NCBI RefSeq assembly: GCF_963676685.1
Contig: NC_092349.1
Span: 76,136,001-76,200,000 of the forward strand
DNA: 64,000 nucleotides
Reading direction: 5' to 3'
Origin: Mytilus edulis
Lineage: Eukaryota
Translations under genes and position numbers: made by a program
Notes under the pieces: generated by a model
Database searches by the model: none
What the model was told of the DNA's origin: nothing
What the model saw: the letters and a program-made list of their open reading frames with translations, nothing else
Shown here: positions 52,301-64,000 of the stretch, in pieces
How the letters are laid out: each line of letters begins with the position of its first letter
Numbering within the stretch: position 1 is the stretch's first letter

Positions 52301-53625
52301 AAATAAATGTTTTTCAATCTGATGTCTGGTCTAAAATTGTATTTCCATCAATCGTATTAATACTACAAGCAGATTAAATCTTACATCTCATATTTCAAGG
52401 ATACATTCACATGTAAATATCCGTTTTGCAGTTTAGGATTGTTGTACTTGGTGCATAGCAGGATGTTTACCGTTCTGGTCACGCACCAGTGCTTCTATAA
52501 CGTGTGTGTGAATAAAAAGAAGCAAAGGCTATAACCGTGTCAATTAGACGGCAATCCAACAACCGTGACAAAGCAAAAAGTAATACTCGATCGAAATAGC
52601 GTAATATACAGATATTTTTATTTACAAAAAATATCGAATATTGCTGTCATAGTTTAACGGGCATTGTCTGAGGTAATTATCAACTATGATTAAGTTTCTA
52701 CATTGGCAAACTGTTCACTAATTATACTTGTACATTATTTACATATATATTGGTCACAGCTCACAGTATTGACAATACGAGGGACTATATCTTAACTAAG
52801 GTTTAACCATTATAATTATTATCCCGGTCATTTGAATATAAATTTGTCTTAATCAAAAACAAGTAGCCCAAGATTACTCTGGCATTCAACGACTGTTTTG
52901 ACAGTTTATCATGCCAAGACAAAACGTTTCTGGCAAAATCATTTCTAAAATGGTTTATCGCTATTTTGTGCATTTCAGTTTCCTTTGATCTTTTTTTGTG
53001 ATAATTTTTCATATCATGCTCTTCGCTTGAGATGGAAAATTATCGCTAGAAACTATAAGCAGGTACGTGGCGTTTCTAACTAAATTGACATGAAATTGAC
53101 AACTTCGTCATAGGTAAAAAAAGCGATAAACAGATTATCATTGGTCATCTCAACTCGATTGCTTTTCTCGCTTTCGCCGTCCCGGCTCAAGCGAGAAAAC
53201 CAATCTCGTTGAGATGATCAACGATAATCTATAAATATCTCATTTGATCTTAACTAGAATGATATGGATTCTTATGAATTCAAAAGATCTTTAATTCAAA
53301 CACAGAAAAAAAATGTGGCATAATCTAATATTTCGGCATTTCTAAAATGGTTTTCTTTCATCTAAACCTATCTATGGAATGACAACATATTAACTATAAT
53401 CATGGACCTCGAATATAATAAATTGCGACATGAGCTCGAGATGTATGAATCTACTATACCTACCAGTAAAACTAGTTTCTGAGCCTCGCCTTCATTCTTC
53501 ATCCAATCAGACAGTGTATGTGTACTAATGTTTGCTGCTTTAGAAAACTTTTTACTGATCATAGAAATAGTCATTCTCATTCCGACGCCTGGTTTACTCT
53601 TGTCTTCTGTGTTTTCTTCTGCCAT
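43346..53625 (-). CDS. Single-domain rhodanese-like sulfurtransferase, 4 coding exons, ~191 aa
   Basis: In-phase GT-AG exons 53625-53464, 44766-44667, 44333-44232, 43557-43346; LVLLDCRQEEEFVVSRIPGA, active loop CYCAAGYRS, YNLEGSIFKWANEGR, HPYN; probable 5'UTR intron ~53700-53632. Confidence 0.88.
45580..49401 (+). pseudogene. Gypsy pol pseudogene (RT, RNase H, integrase, C-terminal tail)
   Basis: SPWSS, DYRQLN, LDMKSGYHQ, PFGL, YLDD, TDAS, TDNNPL, H..MGH..C..C, IHSDQG, GNGMTE; broken by frameshifts (~46150, ~46305, ~48365) and stops. Confidence 0.92.
50557..50819. repeat. Hairpin-containing interspersed element within the 3' LTR; reverse copy ~62890-63200
   Basis: ~40-bp stem GGAGATAAC...GGCATCAA / TTGATGCC...GTTATCTCC at 50562-50651; downstream part matches the reverse complement of 62890-63040. 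Confidence 0.65.
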
Positions 53626-53794
53626 CTTTTCCTAAATAGATATGTCATGCAAATTATATAATTTTATCATACCTAGATTATTTGTTTTACATGTACTCAC
53701 GTCATTGACGGCGTGTAAAATTTTAATTTTAATTTTCCGGTGAAAGAGTAAATAATGTATAGCATTATTGTTACAATTGTCGGAAAAAAGAACA

Positions 53795-54165
53795 TTTAAG
53801 AATTGAATGCTCTTTTTTGTAAATTTATTGGGGTGTAAAAGTGTTGACCGAAGTACATTTTGTATGAGGCGCGGAATCGCTTCATACTAAAAATGTGCGC
53901 ACGGTCAACGCTTTTACAACCCTATAAAGTTACAAAAAAAGGCATTCAATACTTATAATTACATTTTAACCTATAGGATCATGAAAACACGCCATTTATC
54001 AAGTTTTTATTTCATTTACCTGTGCACTTTATTGTGGGACCTCGTGTCATCACGAATGAAAAGTTGCATTGTGTAATGCAATTGATTAAGGAATATCATG
54101 AGATTGCTAGTTAGCCAATCAGAATAACGTATTATAATGAAACATACATCTAATGTAATTATTAA
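53795..54165. repeat. Element with long imperfect terminal hairpin; a similar architecture occurs at ~53130-53232
   Basis: Stem ATTGAATGC...GTATGA / TCATAC...GCATTCAAT at ~53802-53950. Confidence 0.5.
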
Positions 54166-56298
54166 ATAATATAAAGCATAAACATGATGAAACGTAAAGG
54201 CCTTTAAATTATTTATCTAAAGTCACTCAGGTATACCTATAACAAAGAAAATCTATAGCTATCAGAGCATTTCAATAACAGCAAATAAGCAAAGCAAAGC
54301 ATCTGAATTATTCAAAAAGCAGATATAGAATCTGATTTCCAATGTTGGGAAAGCATTAAAGGATTCTTGCGACAAATCTTCAAGAAAAAATATAAGTGAC
54401 TTGTTAATGGGTAGAATTGAGGAACTGCATGTCGCCTACCTAGCAAACGCTCCGGTTTTGTTCAATATTCTCCTAGTCGATACCGTTGTGCAGCAACTCG
54501 TTAAATTTTAGATCGGTCGTAAGTACGGCGGTATTGTATGTCTGTGCACAAACAAACGGGAAATACAATAGCCTTTCACAATGAAAGAAAAAAATATTGC
54601 ACCATACCTGTCAACCTGTGACGATGAAAATGCAGGTCATGACCTGCATTGAAGAATCAAATCTCAGGTCATAATTACGCGTACGAACTTTTTCGAGCTG
54701 AATTTCAGTATTTATGGTACATTTTCTTCATTGTTCTTATGCATGTTCACTTTGTTAAGTCATCTTAAATCTTATTAAATATTATTTCATTGCACTTTTA
54801 AAGATTTTTATAAATTTGTGTAACTCAGTCTGAAATCACAGTGTAGATACTATTCTGTACGCTATCCGGAAGTCGCGATTTTCGAAGCGAGAACTTTTTG
54901 GATCACATTTTAAATTTGATGGGAATACTGAATTAAACGGTAAGTTGATCATCTGAAGATTGCTTAATGATTAATTCAGCCGACATCGATATTCTCAAAT
55001 GGTTTAGAATTAAATTCCGCGCATTCATTATTCGTATCTTTGCCTTAATCGAGAGATTTTCAAGTACATCACTAAGAAAAATCAGTCGGCGAACCTAAAA
55101 ACAATCGTTTTACCCTCTTAGTATACAAATTAACGTAAAAACCTGACTTAATTAACTAAATGAAGTATATTTCAAGTGGTGGTAAAAGTTTCAACCAGAT
55201 CTTTGAAGCCAGAAATAAGAAAATTACACTTGTTTGAATTCCTCACTGTACGATCAGTCTCGCTTGTATATTTTAAAACTGTATGATCAGTCTTTATGTC
55301 ACTGTATTCTAGTGGTGATTTCAAAGTTATTTACGATACATTAGAAGGTGGCATTTTTCTTAATAACACAAATATATTTCAATACATTCACATTCTGAAA
55401 ACTTATGAAACATTTTTTAGCTTAATAGGGTGTACTTGACTTACTACATTAAGTATAAGGATGTTTAAATGTTGCTAAAATAAGAGGAAGGTTTGATGTA
55501 TACTAGCATATAGGTTTCTGAAATGTCCTCCGTTAATCTTAAAATTGTACAAACACACAGATTTAGTTGTTATATAAAAATGCATGTATTTACACACATT
55601 CGAGGCCGTACTGTAGCCTATAATTGATCACAGTTCCTTCACTTTGTTTAAGATGTAGAGCTGTCTCTTTGACACTCAATTGTACATCACTTTGTCAAGC
55701 GGGGGGTTATAGTGATAAAGAAGTCCGTCTTTCCGTTCGTCCGTTGGACCGGTACAATATGTTTTGCCGGTTTTGTAAGCGCATCTCCTCATAAACCACT
55801 TAATATACATTGGGGGTTCCGGCCATTTTTAAATGGAGAGGGGTCAAATCCAGGAGAAAAGGGGATTCCAAATATATGTTCCCATACAAATGCATTGATA
55901 GTTAAAAAAGGGTTTCAAATTGCCAGATCCCCTTTTTTGAATCCGTCACTGATATAACTATTAATTAATCTTATTCGGTTTCCTTATCATAAATGATAAT
56001 GACTGTATTGTGCACCGTCTATTTCGAATTTTAGTAAAAATCTTTTATGGGGTTACTTTATATAAAATACGGACTTGAACATTGCATTATATGGGGGCAT
56101 CGATCAGGTTTTTCCAACACCTCCTAAACCAGACGTCATTAAAGTTTTCTGAAATTGCTCCATTTTTACTCGATTAATGCATTATGGACCTTCTATTTCT
56201 GTAAACTTACCAAAATTATATCAAAGCTAAGGTAATTGGTGTTAATTAACAGTGTGTTTGACACCGGTACCAAAGCTGTCAAGTGAAGCCATGCACTT

Positions 56299-57799
56299 CT
56301 TCTTCTTCTTTAGTTTCAGAAAACCATCAACATACTGATGTTTACTTTCCGGCGCATGCCTGGTAAAATTTTTCAAATTTATGTATTTATAAATATAGTT
56401 TAACATAGATGTATTCCATATTTTTGTATATATATTTGTTATATTATTATTATTAATTTTTACAATTTTTCTTTGTTTTTAGATTTTTCGTTTTTATTTA
56501 GATTTTTTAAATATTACATTTTTTTATTTTTTATTTTTTAATTTAAGATAAAAACATGATTGCCTGATTACTTCAGATGTGGATATGTATCAAGGAGCAC
56601 ATTGTGCGTGAGTGCATCCTTGAAGGTTTCTGTGGTAGTGTTTTTTGTTATGACTGAGGATAACTTGTTCCAGTCTTTAATTGTTTGGCAAAAGAAAGAA
56701 AATTTGTAGCTGTCCTTGTTACATTGGATTTGTCTGTAAGCATCTTTGTTGGTGGATCTTGTGACGGACTGACTCTTCTGTAATAAATTTTGTGAAGGAA
56801 TGGCTATATTTTCGTTTGTAATTTTGTGAAACATTATTAGCCTTGTTCTTAGCCGGCGTTTCTAATGTTTGCCATTTCATGGTGTCTAGCATCTCAGACA
56901 CACTGCTGGTGTTGTGATGTCTGTTACATGCATACCTTGCTGCTCGTCTCTGTACTTTTTCTAATGATCGTATGTTTTCGCTTGTATAGGGGTCCCATAC
57001 AGTACAGCAGTATTCTAATTTGGGTCTTATGATGGTTTGGTATGCTCTTTCTTTAATTTTTTGTGACTGGACTTTGAGATTTCTTCTGATAAAGCATAAA
57101 GATTTGTTTGCTTTGGCGGCTGTTTGTTGAATGTGGGTGTTCCATTTTAAATCTGAAGAAATTGTGATACCTAAGTACTTAGCATGTTTTACTGATTCTA
57201 ATATGTGCCCATACATGTTGTAGTAGAAGTGGATGGGAGTTCTCTTTGTTGTTATGTTCATTATGTTGCATTTGTCTGGGTGGAAAGACATGAGCCAGTC
57301 TTGCTCCCATTGTATGGCGGCTTCTAGATCTTCCTGAAGCTTGAGGCAGTCGTTTTGAGATTTAATTTGTCTGTAGATTATACTGTCGTCTGCGAAGAGT
57401 CTGATTTTGCTATGTTTGATGTATTCCGGAAGGTCATTAATGTAAATAAGGAAGAGTATGGGTCCTAGCACTGTACCCTGTGGCACACCTGAAGTGACTG
57501 GTATTTTTGAAGATGACATGTTTTCTAAAAGTACTGTTTGAGTTCTGTTTGAAAGAAAGGATTCGACCCAGTTTATGATTTGATCTGATATGCCAAAGTA
57601 TTTCATTTTATATAGTAATCTTTTGTGTGGTACCTTGTCAAAAGCTTTGGCAAAATCCATGATTACGAGATCTGTTTGTATGTTTTTGTCATTGTTTTCA
57701 AATAATTCATGCATCAGTGAGATAACTTGAGACTCACATGATCGCTTTGCCCTAAATCCATGTTGTAATTCATACAGTGTGTTATTGTTTTCAAGATGT
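56299..57799 (-). mobile_element. 5'-truncated CR1-like LINE (RT C-terminal half, frameshifted)
   Basis: QHGFR, DFAKAFD, GVPQGTVLGP, FADD, KYLG, LEYCCTVWDP; (GAA)n 3' tail at 56296-56310; candidate TSD TGCACTT at 56292-56298 and 57800-57806. Confidence 0.88.
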
Positions 57800-58071
57800 T
57801 GCACTTAATGGGTCACTTAATTTGACAGTTTACATAGCTAGATGAACTTCCTGTTCATGGAAGAATTACGAATTTGCCAGTATTTCAAAGGAATATTACT
57901 TATGAAATCAATCTCAAGGCTAAGAAATACGGGTGAAATCGGGTCATTGTCGAATAACACGTTCACGCAGAATGAAAATAATTTATTAATTTGTTTTTGT
58001 CTAGTAGTAAATAAATAAGTTTCAGGTAGAGTCGGCAAAGTATATAAATAAGGACATATCATAAGCTTTTG

Positions 58072-58842
58072 CACGGTCGCGAAACACGTGACTTGCTTGT
58101 GGTCAGTTTCACGGAAAAATGGCGCCTGTCTGAATAAACAAGTTCGCTTGGAGGCAAATTTTGAACGTAAGTATTTACATATCATCGTATTTATACTATA
58201 GGACCCCCCTCATCATATGCAGCGTTTTGTTCCGAATATTTTGATGCCCATTAAGTTATATTTCACTGTTGGTTTCATAGAGAACATTCACAGAATATTT
58301 CAGATCTGCCGAAGATTGATCAGGATTGTGTACACGATATGTCCGTAAAATCACTATAAATCCATTTATGTATCTTATTTTCGCCAATCGTGTACAGAAA
58401 CTTGCCCACAATTACTTATTCATTCATACAAACTAGCGTCAGTGTATATTTTTGACATTTTTGTCAGCTGAACGCAATAATAATTTTTTTTTTTCATAGT
58501 AAATGTGGGCAAGTTTCTGTACACGATTGGCGAAAATAAGATACATAAATGGATTTATAGTGATTTTACGGACATATCGTGTACACAATCCTGATCAATC
58601 TTCGGCAGATCTGAAATATTCTGTGAATGTTCTCTATGAAACCAACAGTGAAATATAACTTAATGAGCATCAAAATATTCGGAACAAAACGCTGCATATG
58701 ATGAGGGGGGTCCTATAGTATGAATACGATGATATGTAAATACTTACGTTCAAAATTTGCCTCCAAGCGAACTTGTTTATTCAGACAGGCGCCATTTTTC
58801 CGTGAAACTGATCACAAGCAAGTCACGTGTTTCGCGACCGTG
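58072..58842. mobile_element. Foldback non-autonomous transposon, 345-bp TIRs, CAC...GTG ends, 5-bp TSD (Transib/RAG-like signature)
   Basis: Arms 58072-58416 and 58498-58842 with ~4 mismatches, 81-bp spacer; TTTTG at 58067-58071 and 58843-58847. Confidence 0.75.
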
Positions 58843-58892
58843 TTTTGATCGACACGCAAGACATAACAGTATATATATTACATAACACACTC

Positions 58893-60329
58893 TAGTCCAA
58901 ATAATTATGACGTCTGGCAAGCCGGCTGTTTTATTTTTTTTCTGGGACGCGTACTACGGGGCGCCGAATGGGACTCTTGTGGTTTTGTACTCAAAATTCA
59001 ATTTTGTACGGACAAAAGTGACTTTTGTTCAACAAAAATAAGTTCAGTTTAACAAAATTTGTATCATACTACAAATTTAAAATTTTGTCATACAAAATTA
59101 TCTATCAGCGGACAAAAGTCACTTTTGTCATGACAAAATTCATTTTTGTTACACAGACTTGAATTTTGTTACCTAATTTGAAAATTGGGCGACAAAAGTC
59201 AATTTTGTATTCAAATTAGTTTAGTTTGGTTTCTGTGAACTAATTTGCATACAAAATCGACTTTTGTTACACAAAATTTACTCTCGTGAGACAAAATTGA
59301 CAAAATTGACTTTTGTCTCAACAAAATTGACAAAATTGACTTTTGTCTCAACAAAATTGACAAAATTGACTTTTGTGAGACAAAATTGACTTTTGTCTCA
59401 ACAAAATTGACAAAATTGATTTTTGTCTCAACAAAATTGACAAAATTGACTTTCGTCTCAACAAAATTGACAAAATTGAATTTTGTCTCAACAAAATTGA
59501 TTTTTGTCTCACGAATGTCAATTTTGTCTCACGAAAGTCAATTTTGTCTCATAAAAGTCAATTTTGTTGTTACAAAATTGAATTTTGTCGTCACAAAAAT
59601 GAATTTTGTCGTCACAAAATTGACTTTTGTCTCAACAAAATTGACAAAATTGACTTTTGTCTCAACAAAATTGATTTTTGTCTCAACAAAATTGACAAAA
59701 TTGACTTTTGTCTCAACAATATTAACAAAATTGACTTTTGTCTCAACAAAATTGACAAAATTGACTTTTGTCTCAACAAAATTGACAAAATTGAATTTTG
59801 TCTCAACAAAATTGACAAAATTGAATTTTGTCTCACAAAAGTCAATTTTGTCTCACAAAAGTCAATTTTGTCTCACAAAAGTTAATTTTGTCTCACAAAA
59901 TTGAATCTTACCTCACACAATTGACTTTTGTGATTTAATTTCCATATCAGGTAACAAAAGTCAATTTTGTATGCAAATATGTTTATATTTGCATACCTTT
60001 TAGACAAAATTAACTTTTGTCATGACAAATATGAATTTTGTCTACAGAAATGAATTTTGTCATGACAAAAATGAATTTTGTCTACACAAATGAATTTTGT
60101 CATTACAAAATTGAAGTTCTCACAAAACAAGTCTGTAGCTCATAGTTTTGTAAGACAAAAATGATTTTGTTATGACAGAATTGAATTTTGTACAAAACCA
60201 CAAGAGTCCCATTCGGCGCCCCGTACCTTCTTGCTACGTTGTAGTCTGGCAAGGCTGTTTTATTTGTAGGAAGGCGTCCCAGAAAAGAAAATAAAACAGC
60301 CTTGCCAGACGTCATAATTATTTGGACAA
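58893..60329. mobile_element. Mutator-like foldback MITE (same family as 9858-10033) carrying a nested MITE
   Basis: Same TIRs; 9-bp TSD AACACACTC at 58884-58892 and 60330-60338. Confidence 0.85.
58957..60223. mobile_element. TA-flanked MITE filled with an ACAAAATTGA/TTTTGTCTC minisatellite
   Basis: Perfect 34-bp TIR CGGGGCGCCGAATGGGACTCTTGTGGTTTTGTAC; TA TSD; 21/30-bp tandem units at 59290-59900. Confidence 0.88.
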
Positions 60330-60563
60330 AACACACTCATGCAATATTATAGTTACAAAACACAAAATGAAGCACTATATATAACATTGTTGCATGTATA
60401 AGCATGGTGGTAATCAGCAGATTAAAAGCATGAAAATTCTTAATATTCATCAAAAATTCGATTGTTTACTTTAAAAAAATCTATTCACAATACACTCAGC
60501 TGAATACCTACCTTTCAATATGTCCCTGTTTATCCCATATCATGGTTTGTTTACATTTTTCCT

Positions 60564-60598
60564 ACTTTCATTTTCTACTTTCACTTTAACCGGAAGTG
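60564..60598. promoter_or_regulatory. TXNDC17 proximal promoter: tandem IRF/ISRE-like motifs and ETS site
   Basis: ACTTTCATTTT and ACTTTCACTTT (minus strand AAAGTGAAAGT) followed by ACCGGAAGTG, 55-90 bp upstream of the ATG. Confidence 0.45.
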
Positions 60599-60653
60599 TC
60601 TCTTTGTTTCCTGTCATCAGAAAAGACACCTGCCCATAATTTGTAACGAAATC

Positions 60654-62848
60654 ATGGTTGTTGAAGTAAACGTTGAAGGCTTGGAAGAGTACAAGAAAAT
60701 AAAAGAAGAACATAAAGGAAAAGTAATCTTTGCCCAGTTTTCTGGATCAACGGATTCAGAAGGCAAAAATTGGTGTCCAGATTGTGTCGCAGGTGAGCAT
60801 CAGAAAAAGGGGGCAGATTATTTCATGTACATGTACACATCATTAGGACTTATTCAGTTAGCATTTTCTGTTACTTGTAAATAGAATCTGTGTTCTTGTT
60901 TGTTTATTTGTGCATCTTTTTGTTTTAGTATAAAAAGGATGCTGTATAAAAATATCCCTGGAAGTAGTTAGTTATTTCTGGGAACAGTATTATATCTTTT
61001 TCAAAATACGTTGCAGGTGAACGCCTTATTATACTTTTTTCTGTCTTTCTTTATAGTTTATCTTTTTTTTATTATATTTGTCATTCGGTCATTAGTGTAA
61101 CCCATGTGTGGTTCCAGTTACCCTACCGTCCCTACTTTTAAGTCTCTAAAATAGACTACCCTAAAGATTTTTTGCCATTTTTCATTAAGCACTGTAAAAG
61201 TTAGAATGTTGCTCCCATAGACTCAATGTAAAAAAAAAAACATAGAATTATCAAAAATCCCTACCTACACATGTACCTAATACCCTAATTTTTTTGAAGA
61301 TGTATAAACTGGAACCACACGTGTATACTATTTTATTTGACCTTATCATTATTTATAGTCTAAAGATGTCAAGCATTTTTTTGAAGATAATGTACAGAAT
61401 CTATCTTTGTTTCAAAAAAGGAAATACATTGCATGAATAAAGTGTTATCCCTACCAGTACTGAATTGAAAATTTCACATACATTACATTGCATAAAAGAA
61501 AAGAACCTTCATTTGAAAAAAATACCAAGCAACTTTTCACCTTTTTCACTCTGTTTTAACATGTGCATGATGTACATGCTTTAGTTAGTATGTAATTTTT
61601 TTTTTTATGCCCCACCTACGATAGTAGAGGGACATTATGTTTTCTGGTCTGTCCGTCCGTTCCTTCGTCCGTTTGTCTGTCCCGCTTCAGGTTAAAGTTT
61701 TTGGTCAAGGAAGTTTTTGATGAAGCTGAAGTCCAATCAACTTGAAACTTTGTACACATGTTCCTTATGAGAAAATCTTTCTAATTTTAATGCCAAATAA
61801 GATTTTTTACCCAATTTGTTGGTCCATTGAACATGGAAAATGATAGTGTGAGTGGGGCATCTGTGTACTTTGGACACATTGTTGTTTTAAATATTTATTG
61901 AAACATTAAATAAAAAAAACAAAATTGCTTTAAAACACCAACGACTGTTTAGACGTACATTTTGTACATGTATGTTTTATGTCTCTGAATTTTTTTTTTG
62001 CATTGAAATGCAGGGTTAATTTCTTAAGTTAACTTCAAGGGAGAATTTTTATTTACCATTGTTGACATGAAACCAGATGCTCTTTTCTGTTTATTTTTTT
62101 TAATTTGTTGAGCATTTGATGTCATCCTGATATCAAAGATTTTTAATATTAAACATTGCACAAAATGTTGCATGTACATGAATGTTAAACAAGTAACTGT
62201 TTGATAGTATTTCGTTGATTATTTATTTTAGCTGACCCTGTTATAAAGAAATGTTTATCAAGTGCACCTGCTGATGCAGTGTTTATCCATTGTGGTGTAG
62301 GGGATAGAACTTTGTAAGTAATGACTAGCATGACTAGTATCTGATATTTTGTTAGAGATAACTGGATTGTAATTGTATATTTATGTATTTATAAAGTCCT
62401 AAATGCATATTAATAACAGGAAATTTGAGAATGATTGCCTAAATTGCTTGATTAAAGCTTCATATACCATTTTGTAGAATTTTTTGTATACATTTTTATC
62501 AAACCAAATTTCACAAATGAATTTACAGCAATTATTTTTTCATAACAATAACTAATGTTTCCTATACAAGACATACATGTAATTAGATAAGTTAAATTGG
62601 TCACACCATTTTGGAACAATTTAATCTAACAAATTTTTGCACACATAACAGTTGGTGTACAGAAGAAAAGAAAAAACAGAACAAGAAAGACACAAAGTTT
62701 TGGATGCTGATTGGGAAAATGTACTTTGTTTAAAACACTATTAATCTTGTGACTATTTACTTTTAGTTGGAAGGACCAATCAAATGGGTTTAGAACAGAT
62801 CCTGATCTCAAATTAAAAAGTGTTCCTACATTAATGGTTGTTGGCAAG
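60654..62848 (+). CDS. TXNDC17: Thioredoxin domain-containing protein 17 (TRP14), exons 1-3; last exon not found in the window
   Basis: Exons 60654-60792, 62232-62313, 62767-62848 in phase; FSGS...G.NWCPDCVAADP, VGDRTFWKD, FRTD..LKLKSVPTL. Confidence 0.93.
61600..61888. mobile_element. Short HINE-type element, copy 2, in TXNDC17 intron 1
   Basis: ATGCCCCAC / GTGGGGCAT subterminal inverted match, (GTCC) microsatellite, homologous to 14478-14768. Confidence 0.75.
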
Positions 62849-64000
62849 GTAAACATTGTTTCTATCATTTGTCTATAGTGATATTGGTCATTCTAATGCA
62901 ACATTGTATGTAACATTCATTTTGATTGGACAACGTCACTTATTCTCATGGCATGCTATGAAAACATACGCGCAAGCACAGACTACTAATGCCAGATTTT
63001 AAATTTATGATTTGACGTTGTTTTCTGTCAGTTTCATTAGATTGAAGACAACAATATTTTATTTTTTGAAGCCTCGACAGCTTCAATAAGTGATTTGATG
63101 GTGACAAATGCCAGTTTACTGGCTCCACTAAAGCGTCTCCACTAAACTTAAATTGCAACCATCAAATCACCAGCTTAAAATACAATTCAGTTATCTCATA
63201 AACTACATTGTACATTAGATTTTAAACAGAAATATATAAGGAAACTGTAAGTAGTATTATAGGTAGGTTTCAATAGGATTTAATTTGAGTTACAGTTATT
63301 CCCCTTGACCACCATTTTGGAGATGTAAATGTTTGATTTTTCTGATTTGACTAACCAACTTGATACATATGGTATTTATATAGAGGGGGGGGGTGTTGCA
63401 GGACCTTTTTTTTGGGACGTTGGGATCGGGTGTTTTTAAGCTTGGGATTGATCCTTTCGGGATCTGGGAACTCCTTTTTCACAATCTGTGGATTTAAATT
63501 TCTTTCAATTCAGGACCTCGGAAGTCCAGGGTTTCTGGATCAGGACCCTCCCTACCCCCTTTTATAAACAAATCTGATAAAAGATCCTAAATAGATAATA
63601 TTTTGAATCAAGCAATGCTTTAGAAAACTATTATTCTAAAATTATAACAAGTTGAATTTGGCTGATCCTTGAAGAAATTTGTGCATTTAAGACCTCCATA
63701 GCAGCCACATAGGAAATAACTCTTGCTGAAAACTTTGTCAATCAAAATCTATTTTCAATTAGAAAAGTATCCACCATAGAAAAAAGGACTATGAAATAAC
63801 AACAGAGAACAGTTCAGCTTTCAATGATAAGCAAAAATCAGGGAATGTAAGGTTAAACATGTATAAAAGGCCCCTGAATAGCAAAAATTGAAACAATTTA
63901 TCAGGGAAACCAAATTAAAGAAGAAAGCTCAGGAAAAACAATCATGGGCCATTGGCAGACAGCAACAAAGGACAAACTGATGGACTTTATTTACTACTAA

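Noticed and set aside
54601-54650. CATACCTGTCAAC possible TIR start with a small palindrome
   Set aside because: No matching opposite terminus or TSD found
57838-58185. 115-aa ORF overlapping the foldback arm
   Set aside because: No transposase or other motif; crosses the element boundary
59386-59904. Repetitive ORFs (FVSTKLTKLT)n and a CRISPR-like appearance
   Set aside because: Minisatellite inside a MITE; no unique spacers, no cas genes, eukaryotic context

Overview
AT-rich, intron-rich animal genomic DNA with a 141-N gap at 35204-35344. The repeat families suggest a bivalve mollusc, possibly Mytilus-like (inference). Host genes: the last exon of a C2H2 zinc-finger gene (+); a complete 13-exon SLC13 Na+/carboxylate-or-sulfate cotransporter (-, ~585 aa); a single-domain rhodanese with 4 coding exons (-, ~191 aa); and the first 3 exons of TXNDC17/TRP14 (+, divergent from the rhodanese). 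The rest is mostly transposons. These include a full-length intact RTE-group (RTEX-like) LINE with a 14-bp TSD inside a multi-level TE nest, a decayed hAT transposase, a deleted Gypsy LTR element, a truncated CR1-like LINE, Helentron-type (HINE) elements with ~160-bp tandem units, CACTA-, Mutator- and TA-type MITEs, and SINEs. Four observations stand out. (1) The hAT transposase appears N-terminally fused to a herpes-tegument-like (VTD/peptidase C76-like) deubiquitinase domain. (2) A young 771-bp foldback element has CAC...GTG ends and a 5-bp TSD, the Transib/RAG-like signature. (3) LINE ORF1 carries a TBP/RNase HIII-N-like motif, an SGNH esterase and a Q/N-rich tail. (4) A second copy of the SLC13 promoter has lost exon 1 at a 6-bp microhomology. 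All calls come from reading motifs by eye; no database search was run.
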